A stretch of DNA of 64,000 nucleotides from Bacillota bacterium. GTDB lineage: Bacteria; Bacillota; Dehalobacteriia; UBA4068; UBA4997. Shown piece by piece: positions 31,209 through 41,147 of the stretch. Below the pieces are notes generated by a model. That model was not told the origin of the DNA, ran no database searches, and saw only the letters and a program-made list of their open reading frames with translations. The position numbers and the translations under genes are program-made. The DNA is taken from contig JAETNY010000009.1 of the NCBI GenBank assembly GCA_021771915.1, positions 40,038 through 104,037 on the forward strand, read 5' to 3'. Position 1 is the stretch's first letter. Each line of letters opens with the position of its first letter.

Positions 31209-32636
31209 TTATTTTTTATCAGTATCATCTGCCCAGAAATCCCGGTTGGAACGGTTCCGGCTATGTGTTAAATCCGGCGGCGTTGGCGGCACAAAGCTGC
31301 GGTGTTCCGGCCGGGTTACATCACCTGTCCTGGCGGCATGCGATATGCCTGACGGTGTTTCTGAGCGCGTCGGCTCTGCCGGCCGTGACATAATACGCTC
31401 CCGAATTTTATCAATAATATCTGACGCTTCACTATCCTCCGTTGCTATTTCCGGCTCCGGCATCATCTCGGCTTCCTGTTCCAAATCAGGCTGTACCGTA
31501 AGCTGGAATGAGGGCATCTGGCTTATTGGCTGATTTTCCGGCGCTGCAACTGAAATTTTACCCAAAGTGCTTTCTGAGCGTTCTTCAGGGCCAGCATTTT
31601 CGGTTGTTTCGGCCGTTTCTTCATTATTATGCATATGCTGGCTTAAACGGGATAATACACTTTCATGCGCCGGCGACTCCGGCTCAGGTTCCAACTCAGG
31701 CTCCGGCGTCTGCGGTTTTTGTCTGACCGGGCGCCGGGGCGGCGTCTGCATGGCCGCCGTTTCCGCATCTTCGTCTTTATCAACAATGATATTATGCTTG
31801 AGAAAGTGGCCGCGGAAATCCGTTGTTTCATAGAATGTAATGAAGGCATGGGGGTCTATCGACTGCACCAGCGTTTTCAAACGCCCCACCTCCAACATAT
31901 TGGTAACGCACATCAGCAGGCTGACCGGCGTATGCGTATACAGCCCCTCCGCCTGCAATTTGGTAACGCCGCGGTTCAACCCTTTAATCAACGCCTCGCC
32001 AACCTCTTCGCCCCTGGCGGTGATAATAAAAGCTGTGCGCTTGCTGGAAAGACCATCTAAAATTGCATGCAATGTCTGGCCGGAGGCAAAAATTAAAATC
32101 AGTGTATATAAGCCTTTCTCAATACCGAAAATGCTGGTGGAAAGCAAAATAATCACCGCGTTAATACTGGTGGTAACCGTGCTGACGGATATACCAAACT
32201 TCTGGCGCAAAACCATAGCAATTAAATGCACGCCACTGCTGCCGGAACCGCTGCGCAACACCAGCGCGTCGCCAGCACCCACAAAAACACCGGCGAAAAT
32301 GGCCGCCAACAATAAATCGTTATTATAAATAACTATACCCTCAAAACACTGCAAAAAACCGACCTGCAACAGCAGAGCGACGGTAGTCAGCACCACAAAG
32401 CGTTTATCCAACTCGCGCCAGGCCCAAATCATGCAGGGCAGGTTAAACAACAGCACCACCAGCGAAAAAGGCAGAAAATCTAAAAAATAAGTTACGATAC
32501 CGGCCATACCATAAGTACCGCCAGAAAGAAAATCGTTAGCTGAAACAAACCCCTGATAACTATACGCCACAAAAGCATTGCCTAACAAAAATAAAAAAAG
32601 TTGTGGTAATTTAATAAGTTTTTGAAAATTTTGCAT
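31209..32636 (-). CDS. YitT-family (DUF161/DUF2179) membrane protein with a roughly 190-aa acidic, Pro/Glu-rich C-terminal extension
   Basis: The N-terminal 280 aa match the YitT architecture. The tail is low-complexity (PEPELEPEPESP..). Confidence 0.7.
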   Translation of the reverse strand: MQNFQKLIKLPQLFLFLLGNAFVAYSYQGFVSANDFLSGGTYGMAGIVTYFLDFLPFSLVVLLFNLPCMIWAWRELDKRFVVLTTVALLLQVGFLQCFEGIVIYNNDLLLAAIFAGVFVGAGDALVLRSGSGSSGVHLIAMVLRQKFGISVSTVTTSINAVIILLSTSIFGIEKGLYTLILIFASGQTLHAILDGLSSKRTAFIITARGEEVGEALIKGLNRGVTKLQAEGLYTHTPVSLLMCVTNMLEVGRLKTLVQSIDPHAFITFYETTDFRGHFLKHNIIVDKDEDAETAAMQTPPRRPVRQKPQTPEPELEPEPESPAHESVLSRLSQHMHNNEETAETTENAGPEERSESTLGKISVAAPENQPISQMPSFQLTVQPDLEQEAEMMPEPEIATEDSEASDIIDKIRERIMSRPAEPTRSETPSGISHAARTGDVTRPEHRSFVPPTPPDLTHSRNRSNRDFWADDTDKK

Positions 32637-32777
32637 ATTCTGTATTTCTTTTTACCCTTTCTATGATATATAATATATATAACAAATTATAATATATATC
32701 TTAACTATATTAAATAATATCACAAACCACGCAATTTGGAAAGTGTTTTTTAACAATTAATTTTGACAGGAGGTTTT

Positions 32778-33557
32778 ATGTTTCCTTTAGCACATAATTA
32801 TATGGCCGAACGGATAATCGCTGCCGCGCCCGGCCCTTTTAAGCGCAATTTTTCCGCCCTGGAGCAGCAACTTATCTTTGTGGGCAGTATTTTACCGGAT
32901 TTTATCTGTGGTATGGGCTTTGACCGCAACGTCTGGCATAGCCAAAGCCAGGATTTTCTCCGCTTTGCCCGGGGTTTAAGCCCACAGGCGGAGGCGCTGG
33001 CGCTGGGCGTGCGTCTGCACGGCGACGACGGGCTGGGCTTTGATACCTTTGCCGATGAAATCTGGCAGGGAAAAATGGGTTGGTGTTTTCTGCAATGCCT
33101 GCCCTACATACCAGATGTTGTTCTGGCCTGCAATCTGCCGCGCGCGCTGGCTCTCTGGAAGGCTCATAATATGGTGGAACTGGCGGCGGAGCTGGAATTG
33201 GCCGCGGCTTATCCGCAGCTGGGTGAACGCCTGCTTACAGCCGTTAATTCTGACGCGGTTATGGACGAGGTTGGCCGTACTCTGGCCGCCTACACCAACA
33301 GCCCCAGCGAGCCTCCCCAAATGCGCCGTATTCTGCGTACAATGAATGACCGCTTTGATGTGCAGGAAACAACAGCCAACGGCTGCGCCCAAAAATATTT
33401 GCAGCAGCTGGCCAAACGGCATCAGGTAACCGGCGGCAGTCCGACAGAACTGGCCGGTCTGTTGGAACAAATACGCCTGGAACTTAAACCCAAACTCTGG
33501 CAATGGTTTGATGAAGTATTTGTCTTGCTAAAAACCGCCTGGGAAAAAGAAATTTAA
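32778..33557 (+). CDS. Hypothetical protein
   Basis: GGAGG Shine-Dalgarno before the ATG at 32778 (MFPLAHNYM..). No confident family assignment. Confidence 0.4.
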   Translation: MFPLAHNYMAERIIAAAPGPFKRNFSALEQQLIFVGSILPDFICGMGFDRNVWHSQSQDFLRFARGLSPQAEALALGVRLHGDDGLGFDTFADEIWQGKMGWCFLQCLPYIPDVVLACNLPRALALWKAHNMVELAAELELAAAYPQLGERLLTAVNSDAVMDEVGRTLAAYTNSPSEPPQMRRILRTMNDRFDVQETTANGCAQKYLQQLAKRHQVTGGSPTELAGLLEQIRLELKPKLWQWFDEVFVLLKTAWEKEI

Positions 33558-33687
33558 TAAATTTAATATATAGCTAGTATTTTATGGAGGTATTGTTATG
33601 CTGGACAATTTTAATGAACTGAACGCCAATAAACTGAACGATGAAAATTTAGATATGATGAGTGGAATTCTACTGGAGGAACAAATA

Positions 33688-34584
33688 ATGAATAATATCC
33701 TGTCTGAAAACCAGGAGGCTCGCCTGTTATCCGGCAAAGAGGTGGCCGCCGCCATTATGGACGATAATCTGGCGCGCGCAAACAATTTGCAGAGGCATGG
33801 CTGCAACCCCACCCTGGCTATTTTTCGCATTGGGGAACGCCCGGACGATATTTACTATGAGAACTCTATTAAACGCCATTGTGAGAAAGTCGGCGTGCGC
33901 TGCCAGACGCTGGCGTTGCCGACCAATATCCGGGAAGATGAACTTGCCGCCATGCTCACCCAAACCTCACAGGACCATTCCATTCATGGCATTTTCTTCT
34001 TCAGCCCCCTGCCCCATCAGCTGAATGAAACCTATCTGCGCAGTCTTATAAACCCGGCCAAGGACGTGGATTGCCTGTCCCGTGCCGCCCAGGCCGAGTT
34101 ATACTTCGGCGACTCCGCCCAGGGATTTGCGCCCTGTACCGCTGCCGCCGTTATGGAAATGCTGCGCTATTATCAAATTCCGCTGGTTGGCAAGCAGGTA
34201 GTCGTTTTAGGACGCTCACTGGTGGTGGGCCGGCCGCTGGCTATGCTGCTGTTACATGCCAATGCCACCGTGACTATTGCTCACTCCAAAAGCGAAAACC
34301 TGTCGCAGGTTTGCTGGCAGGCGGATATTGTGGTAGCCGCCGTGGGTAAACCGCGGCTGGTGCAAGGCGGCTGGCTGCGCCCCGGTCAGGTGGTTATTGA
34401 CGTTGGCGCTAATGACGACCCGGATAACGGCGGCAAAATGTGCGGCGACGTGGATTTCAACGCCGCCAAAGGTATGGTCAGCGCCATTACACCGGTACCG
34501 GGCGGCGTTGGTCTGGTAACTACCGCTATCCTCTGCCGCCATGTAATTGAGGCCGCAGAAAGGCAGGTTGGCATAAATGCCTGA
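33688..34584 (+). CDS. folD: Bifunctional methylenetetrahydrofolate dehydrogenase / methenyl-THF cyclohydrolase
   Basis: ..LLSGKEVAAAIMDD.., GFAPCTAAAVMEML, VVVLGRSLVVGRPLAMLL, TPVPGGVGLVTTAIL. GGAGGAA Shine-Dalgarno before the ATG at 33688. An alternative upstream start at 33598 also has a Shine-Dalgarno. Confidence 0.88.
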   Translation: MNNILSENQEARLLSGKEVAAAIMDDNLARANNLQRHGCNPTLAIFRIGERPDDIYYENSIKRHCEKVGVRCQTLALPTNIREDELAAMLTQTSQDHSIHGIFFFSPLPHQLNETYLRSLINPAKDVDCLSRAAQAELYFGDSAQGFAPCTAAAVMEMLRYYQIPLVGKQVVVLGRSLVVGRPLAMLLLHANATVTIAHSKSENLSQVCWQADIVVAAVGKPRLVQGGWLRPGQVVIDVGANDDPDNGGKMCGDVDFNAAKGMVSAITPVPGGVGLVTTAILCRHVIEAAERQVGINA

Positions 34585-35299
34585 AAAATTGGAAAATCAG
34601 AACATTCGCATTTATTTGACGCCGCTGCAGCCGGCGGATAATGATATTTTTGCCGATATTCTGGGCGCGCAGACGCTGGCCTATGACGTGCAGATTTTAA
34701 CCCCTCAGGCCAGCGTGGGCGATTATTTGCAGGCTATTGAAGATTTTCAGGAGCAAACGCTGGCCGACTGCAAAGGCTGTGATGGCTGCTGCCATGAGCG
34801 CGCGCCGCTGACGATTGCCGACTGGCAGTTAGCGCAAAACGCAGGCTCTGAAACGGAGCCAACTGAAAAAGAACTGGCCAACTGGCTGCTGGAATGGGCG
34901 GAGTTACACTTTTGCGGCCCGGCTGTTGATTTAACTTTAAAACGCACGCCGACCGGCGCCTGTAATTTTTTGCATGAGCAGCAAAAATACTGCACCAGAC
35001 ACCAACAGCGCAGTTTTACCTGCCGTACCCACTGCTGTCTGCCCAGAACAGAACGCGCCGAAGCTTTGCGCGCCGCCTTGATAAATGCCGGCGAGGACGA
35101 ATTGGTGCGCCGGCTGCTGCAAATGCCGGCCGATGTTCAACCCTGGAGCAGTCAGCTGGCTGCCTGTAATCTGGAGGATTACGCCGCCAACGCTTTCTCC
35201 CGGCTGCCCATAAATGCCTGGCGGCAAGCGCGCATACAGGATTTGCTGGATAAAGCGGATTGGGAATTAATTTATCAGCCATCGGCCGTGGCGGAGTAA
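34577..35299 (+). CDS. YkgJ-family (CxxCxxCC Fe-S/zinc-chelating) protein
   Basis: CKGCDGCCHE motif. 8-nt overlap with folD. Confidence 0.55.
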   Translation: MPEKLENQNIRIYLTPLQPADNDIFADILGAQTLAYDVQILTPQASVGDYLQAIEDFQEQTLADCKGCDGCCHERAPLTIADWQLAQNAGSETEPTEKELANWLLEWAELHFCGPAVDLTLKRTPTGACNFLHEQQKYCTRHQQRSFTCRTHCCLPRTERAEALRAALINAGEDELVRRLLQMPADVQPWSSQLAACNLEDYAANAFSRLPINAWRQARIQDLLDKADWELIYQPSAVAE

Positions 35300-35431
35300 A
35301 ATTTAAGGTGTTTGTCAAGTAAAATTTTTAGACATTTTGGACTTCTCTGAACGATTTTAAATTATTTTGTTGTATTCTGTAAAATAATACCCGATTTTTT
35401 GGTTGGCTTCTATTATAAGGTTGTGGAAAAT

Positions 35432-35575
35432 GTGGAAAACTCTGTGCATAACTTCAGCCCTTGACTGGTGCGGCCTGGCCAAATTTATCCCAAACTTATA
35501 ACCATTATTGGTGGAAAAGCCCAATGCCGTTAGCAGGCACTTTACTTTGTTCGGTGGAAAACCCCACAGCCGTAT
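35432..35575 (+). promoter_or_regulatory. Cluster of four GTGGAAAA direct repeats upstream of pepF
   Basis: gtGTGGAAAAtGTGGAAAAc ... gGTGGAAAAgcccaatgccgt ... gGTGGAAAAccccacagccgt. Confidence 0.3.
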
Positions 35576-35674
35576 ATTTTTTAGCCCAAGACATCAAAAA
35601 ACCCAAAAATAATTCATGTAATTTGCTGTTTCTTTTTAGATATTAATTTTTAAACATTAATCAGGAGGGAAATT

Positions 35675-37516
35675 ATGACACAAAACAATTCACCAGCCGA
35701 AGAAAATGTCAAAAGACTGCCCAGCCGCAGTGAAGTACCGGCGGAGTTAAAATGGGACGTGGCCTCGGTTTTTGCCAGTGACGAAGCCTGGGAGCAGGCT
35801 TTGGCGCAGGCCAGTCAAATGCCAGAGCGAGCCGCCGCTTTTGCCGGCCGGCTTAGTGAAAGCCCTGAGCGGCTGGCAGAATATTTACAGTTTAAGGAAA
35901 ATCTGCTGCAAAAGCTGGATAAGCTGTTCCTATACGCCCAGATGAAACGCGATGAGGACAACGGTAATCATGTTTATCAGGGCATGGCGGATAAAGCGCA
36001 GAATTTGGCCGTACAGACCTCGGCGGCGTTGGCCTTTGAGGAACCGGAATTGCTGGCGATTGATGAAAACAAGCTGCATGAATGGCTGCAAATGCCCCAG
36101 TTAAAGCTTTATCAGCGGTTTTTTGAGGAATTGCTGCGCCAGAAGCCGCATGTTCGCAACAAAGACGAGGAGGAAATGCTGGCGCTGGCCGGCGAGGTTT
36201 GCGCCGCACCGCGCAGTATTTTTGGTATGTTCAACAATGCCGACCTGCATTTCCCCACCGTGCGCGATGAGGACGGCAATCTGGTGGAGATAACCCACGG
36301 CAATTATACCCATTTAATGGAAAGTCCCAGCCGGCAGGTGCGGCAGGAAACTTTTAAGGGGCTTTACGCCACTTATGCCGCCTGGCGCAACTCACTGGCC
36401 GCCATGCTGGCCGCTAATGTGAAAAAGGACGTTTTTGCAGCCAGAGTGCGCCGGTTTGACAGCGCTCTGCAAGCCGCCCTTTTTGCCGAGGATATCCCGG
36501 CCACGGTTTATGATAATCTGATAGACGGCGTGCGCGCCCACCTGCCCCTGTTTTATCGCTATCTGGAGTTGCGCCGCCGCGCACTGGGCGTGGAAAAGCT
36601 GCATCTTTACGATATTTATACGCCGCTGGCCAAGGCGCGCCCCCGGGAAATTCCCTATCAGGAAGCCACGGAGATGGTTTTGCAGGCGCTGCGGCCGCTG
36701 GGCGAGGATTATATTAACACCGCCCAAAAGGCTTTCAGCGAGGGCTGGGTGGACGTGGCCGAAAACCAGGGCAAAACCAGCGGCGCATATTCCAGCGGCG
36801 TTTGGAGCAGCAAACCCTTTATTCTGCTGAACTGGCAGGGTAATTTGAACAGCGTTTTCACGCTGGCGCATGAGTTGGGTCATTCCATGCATTCCTGGTA
36901 TTCGCACCAAAATCAGCCTTATATTTATGGTGAATATGAAATTTTTGTGGCAGAAGTGGCCAGCACGGTGAATGAAAATCTGCTGCTGCGTTATCTGCTT
37001 AACCGTGAGCAGGACCCGGCCCAACGCCTGTTGCTGGTCAATCATTATCTGGACGATTTCCGCGGCACCGTTTTCCGCCAGACCATGTTTGCTGAATTTG
37101 AAAAGATTATTCACGCGGCGGCCGAGGCCGGAGAGGCGTTGTCCTGCAAATATTTCCAGGATACCTATTATCAGCTGAATTTGGATTATTTCGGCCCGGA
37201 TATGGAGGTTGACCAGGAAATTGACATGGAATGGAGCCGCATACCTCATTTTTACCGCGCTTTTTATGTCTACAAATACGCTACCGGCATGAGCGCCGCC
37301 ACAGCACTGGCGCAAGGTATTTTAAGCGGCGACGCGCGGAAAGTTAAGGATTATATCAGTTTCCTTTCCGGCGGTTGCAGCCAAAGCCCCTTGCAGCTAT
37401 TGCGCGGTGCGGGCGTGGATATGGACGCCGGCGGCCGCCAAACGCTGAACAGCGCCATGCAGGTTTTTGCGGATATGCTTGATGAACTGGAACGGCTTTT
37501 AAACGAAATGCATTAA
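35675..37516 (+). CDS. pepF: Oligoendopeptidase F (M3B family)
   Basis: 613 aa with the HELGHSMH zinc motif and overall PepF architecture. Confidence 0.9.
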   Translation: MTQNNSPAEENVKRLPSRSEVPAELKWDVASVFASDEAWEQALAQASQMPERAAAFAGRLSESPERLAEYLQFKENLLQKLDKLFLYAQMKRDEDNGNHVYQGMADKAQNLAVQTSAALAFEEPELLAIDENKLHEWLQMPQLKLYQRFFEELLRQKPHVRNKDEEEMLALAGEVCAAPRSIFGMFNNADLHFPTVRDEDGNLVEITHGNYTHLMESPSRQVRQETFKGLYATYAAWRNSLAAMLAANVKKDVFAARVRRFDSALQAALFAEDIPATVYDNLIDGVRAHLPLFYRYLELRRRALGVEKLHLYDIYTPLAKARPREIPYQEATEMVLQALRPLGEDYINTAQKAFSEGWVDVAENQGKTSGAYSSGVWSSKPFILLNWQGNLNSVFTLAHELGHSMHSWYSHQNQPYIYGEYEIFVAEVASTVNENLLLRYLLNREQDPAQRLLLVNHYLDDFRGTVFRQTMFAEFEKIIHAAAEAGEALSCKYFQDTYYQLNLDYFGPDMEVDQEIDMEWSRIPHFYRAFYVYKYATGMSAATALAQGILSGDARKVKDYISFLSGGCSQSPLQLLRGAGVDMDAGGRQTLNSAMQVFADMLDELERLLNEMH

Positions 37517-37731
37517 AATATGACAATTTAAGCTTTGGCAGCGGTTAAAAGATTTTTTTATTTTTGTCAACTTTACAGAAAAAACCCTTGACTTTAATCA
37601 GGCATAGTGCTATACTGAAACAAGTATTCAAGATAATAGCTTATTACGCGCAATAAACCAGAAGTTGATTGATTTGGCGATATTTGTTCATTTTCTATGG
37701 GTACGAAAATTTTTGACAGGAGGTACCCAAA

Positions 37732-37947
37732 ATGAATAACGGTACAGTAAAATGGTTCAACGCAGAAAAAGGATTCGGTTTCATTGCTAATGATGAAGGC
37801 GGCGATGACGTTTTCGTACATTTCTCTGCCATTCAGACTGACGGCTATCGCACTCTGGACGAGGGACAGAAAGTTACTTTTGAAGTTGAAGCTGACCCAA
37901 AAAACCCCAGCAAACTGCGCGCAGCTAATGTTTGCAAAGTTGGCTAA
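37732..37947 (+). CDS. Cold-shock protein (CspA family)
   Basis: [35 protein letters not shown]. Confidence 0.95.
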   Translation: MNNGTVKWFNAEKGFGFIANDEGGDDVFVHFSAIQTDGYRTLDEGQKVTFEVEADPKNPSKLRAANVCKVG

Positions 37948-37974
37948 ACCAGCTATTTAATTAAACAAAATACA

Positions 37975-38010
37975 AAGGAACTGTTGAAAATCTTCAACAG
38001 TTCCTTTTTT
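37975..38010 (+). terminator. Rho-independent terminator after csp
   Basis: aaggaactgttgaa-aatc-ttcaacagttcctt followed by TTTTTT. Confidence 0.8.
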
Positions 38011-38105
38011 CGCGTGAATACTTAACGCCTGACGAGCCACAGACAAATTCAGAGTTTAGTATAGCGATATACAAGGACTTACCCTTTGCATATCGCTATA
38101 AACAG

Positions 38106-38834
38106 TTAATTAGCCAGCAATTTTTCCGTTTCCTTTAAGCGCTCCGTATTACCAACATCAATCCACCAGCCTTGCAGGGTGTAATGTTCCAAACGCCCCT
38201 GTTGTAAAAACAGGCTGTTAACGTCGGTAATCTCCAATTCACCGCGTGCTGAGGGCTTCAGCTGGGGAATTAAATCATACACATCAGGAGGATAAAAATA
38301 CAAACCGATAACCGCCAAATCACTGATAAACTGCTGCGGTTTTTCCACCAAACGCTTTACCTGGCCATTTTCTATCACGGCCACGCCATAATCCTGCGGA
38401 TTTGGCACCGATACCAGAAAGACCTCCGCTTTATCCGGCTTTTTCTGCGCATAGGCCGCCACAGCTGCATTAATATCAGCTTCAAAGAGGTTGTCCACCA
38501 GCAGCAGCAAAACATGCCGCTGGGCGCTGAAATCCCGGCAGAGCGAAAGCGCATGCGCAATGCCCAGCGGTGTTTCCTGCACGACATAGGTTATCGACAA
38601 CCCCCATTTAGAGCCGTTTCCTGCAAAGTTTCCAATAACTGTCCGGTTCACCGGATTTACCACCAGTGCCACATCTTTCAGCCCGGCCCCGGCCAGACGC
38701 TCCAGACCATAAGCCAGAAGCGGCTTGCCCAGCGCTTTTACCATCGGTTTGCCGCCGCGCTCATTGGGATAGCCCAGACGGCTGCCGGCTCCGGCCGCCA
38801 AAATGACGGCGCAAATTCCTGCCAATTCTGCCAT
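38106..38834 (-). CDS. Sugar-phosphate nucleotidyltransferase (NTP_transferase family)
   Basis: ICAVILAAGAGSRLG..KPMVKALGKPLLAYGLERL. Confidence 0.75.
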   Translation of the reverse strand: MAELAGICAVILAAGAGSRLGYPNERGGKPMVKALGKPLLAYGLERLAGAGLKDVALVVNPVNRTVIGNFAGNGSKWGLSITYVVQETPLGIAHALSLCRDFSAQRHVLLLLVDNLFEADINAAVAAYAQKKPDKAEVFLVSVPNPQDYGVAVIENGQVKRLVEKPQQFISDLAVIGLYFYPPDVYDLIPQLKPSARGELEITDVNSLFLQQGRLEHYTLQGWWIDVGNTERLKETEKLLAN

Positions 38835-39178
38835 TTTTAATCTACACTCCCAGTAATATATATATTACATATTATCATAACAAAATATACAACATTTTGC
38901 AAGTTTTTTTCATGCCAAACTGCATTACTTTTTGCCGCGCCGGGTGCAACATCTAACGGCACATCAACTCGCACGCCAATGCTCTGCAAATAATCATCGC
39001 GCCCCAGCAGAAAATCCGTCGGCACATTAAATAGTGATGTAGATAAAATAAAAGCAGATTTGCAATCTTTAACATAGTTTGCCCAAGCCTTAAAAAATAT
39101 TGACAGGGAGAGAAAAAAATCGTATAATATATAATTATCAGATAAAAAGCACTATTTTGTAAATGGAGTTTTAAAGTT

Positions 39179-40078
39179 ATGCGATTTTTACGTTTAATAG
39201 GTTTAAGTATGTTAATGTTGGTTTTGGCTGTTCAGCCGGCGTTAGCTTTTGATACCAGCAAGGACGACCAGCTGTTAATGCTGGTAAACAGGGAGCATAC
39301 TTTGGACGCAAGCTGGCAGCCCAATGACCTTTTGGATATTGCCAAGCTGGCCCCAAGCACCAAGGGCGTTATGCAGTTGCGCGACGCTGCGGCTAATGCT
39401 TATATCAGAATGTATACTGCTTATAAGGAAGAAAAAAATTTAACGCTGAACACAATTTCCGGTTTTCGGAATTATAATGTACAAAAACAGCTGTTTAACG
39501 GCAAAGTAGCCAAACGGCAGCACGCCGGCCAAAGTTATAAAACGGCCTATAACAACACGCTGCTTTATACGGCTTTGCCGGGAACCAGTGAGCACCAAAC
39601 CGGTCTGGCGATTGACTTGAGCAATAACACCGGCCTTTCGGATAACTTCCGCAATACCGAGCAAGGACAATGGCTGCTGACTAACTGCTGGAATTATGGT
39701 TTCATTTTGCGCTATGATAATAACAAAACCGCGCTGACTGCGGTGGCCTATGAGCCATGGCATTATCGTTATGTCGGTTTGCCCCATTCTTTGATTATGC
39801 GTGACCATGGATGGGTGCTGGAAGAATATATGGACGCGCTGCATAAACTGCCAGCCGGCAGCTATATGGAATATGCCGACCCGGCTAATGCGGAAATGGT
39901 TTATCGCATTTACTATACCCAAGATACAAACCAGGAATTTGAAGACGTTATCAATATATCCAGCGACAACTGCGGCGGCTATGTTATCACTACCCACATG
40001 CATAATGTGGAAGATTTATTGGTTGCATGGTCTGAGATAGCTTTGCGAACACCGCCTATTCCGGCCAGCTTAAGTTAA
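39179..40078 (+). CDS. Secreted D-alanyl-D-alanine carboxypeptidase (M15B/VanY family)
   Basis: Signal peptide plus the motif LPGTSEHQTGLAIDL. Confidence 0.85.
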   Translation: MRFLRLIGLSMLMLVLAVQPALAFDTSKDDQLLMLVNREHTLDASWQPNDLLDIAKLAPSTKGVMQLRDAAANAYIRMYTAYKEEKNLTLNTISGFRNYNVQKQLFNGKVAKRQHAGQSYKTAYNNTLLYTALPGTSEHQTGLAIDLSNNTGLSDNFRNTEQGQWLLTNCWNYGFILRYDNNKTALTAVAYEPWHYRYVGLPHSLIMRDHGWVLEEYMDALHKLPAGSYMEYADPANAEMVYRIYYTQDTNQEFEDVINISSDNCGGYVITTHMHNVEDLLVAWSEIALRTPPIPASLS

Positions 40079-40093
40079 AAAATTGCTAAAAAT

Positions 40094-40131
40094 AAAAACC
40101 CCCTGGTTTGTTTGCCCGGGGGTTTTATTTT
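40094..40131. terminator. Bidirectional terminator
   Basis: aaaaaccccctgg-tttgtttg-cccgggggtttt. Confidence 0.75.
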
Positions 40132-40994
40132 TATGTTGTTTCCTCTGTTTCTGATTCAGGCTGATTTTTCAAAGGCACCTCTACCGAATGTTTAACCACA
40201 TAATCCCAACGGTCATTTTCTGCGTTGGTCTGCTCATAACAGGTAAAATCCAGCCGCAGGCAATCGGTTTGCGGATAAAAACGCAGACGTTCTATTGGCT
40301 GGCCGTCAGATTTGGGCGCGCCCACATAATCAAAACTACATACGACATGCGGCAGCAACCAGTAGTTAATGTCACGCCAATATATTTGCGCCGGGGTTTG
40401 CTCATCTTTACGTCGGGCAGCTTTGCCGGGAGTATAGAAATAGCAGCGGTTACCGCTGGCCGCCAAAAACAACTCGCCGGGGTTGGTGGCCGCACTGAAA
40501 AGCGTCTGGCCGCTTTGCGCATCAACCAGCATTAACTCACCGCCGGTCAGTGCGCCGTCAACAAAGCCATTATAACGCGTTTTTCGCCAGGTTTCCAGGC
40601 AAAGCCAAAGCGCTCCCTCGCCGGTTTCTTCATCATAAGGCAGCAAAATACCACAGTTGGCCATGATTACACCGCGCGTCGCAGCCTCGCCACGTACCGT
40701 CAGCAGTTCTCGCCGCTGCAAGGCCGGCAGATTTTCCTTATAATTCGCAAGTATTGCCCCCTGCGCGTCCAAAAGCTGCACCGCCAGAGCGTCCGCTGAC
40801 GTAACTGCCAAATGCAAAGCCGTGCCGTCTATGGGAAACTGCGCGTCCCGATTGTATGGGTCATGGGAATATCCAGACTCATAAACAATATCATACATCT
40901 CCACGCCGGCTGTCTGTCCGCCGCAGGACGCTAAAAGCAAAAGCCCCAGCAACATACAACAGGCTAAATATACATATTTTGCAAAAAGGTGCAT
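40131..40994 (-). CDS. Hypothetical lipoprotein
   Basis: Signal/lipobox LLLLASCGG. Confidence 0.5.
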   Translation of the reverse strand: MHLFAKYVYLACCMLLGLLLLASCGGQTAGVEMYDIVYESGYSHDPYNRDAQFPIDGTALHLAVTSADALAVQLLDAQGAILANYKENLPALQRRELLTVRGEAATRGVIMANCGILLPYDEETGEGALWLCLETWRKTRYNGFVDGALTGGELMLVDAQSGQTLFSAATNPGELFLAASGNRCYFYTPGKAARRKDEQTPAQIYWRDINYWLLPHVVCSFDYVGAPKSDGQPIERLRFYPQTDCLRLDFTCYEQTNAENDRWDYVVKHSVEVPLKNQPESETEETT

Positions 40995-41147
40995 ATTGGC
41001 AACCCCCTTTTTCCATATATAATATATTTATTATACAATTTTTTCAGCCAATTGTAAATATCCAATCAAGCTATTGACATCAGAACATTTGTTTGTTAAA
41101 ATATAGGTATAAATATTGCAATTTTATCAATCAGGGAGGAACAGGCA

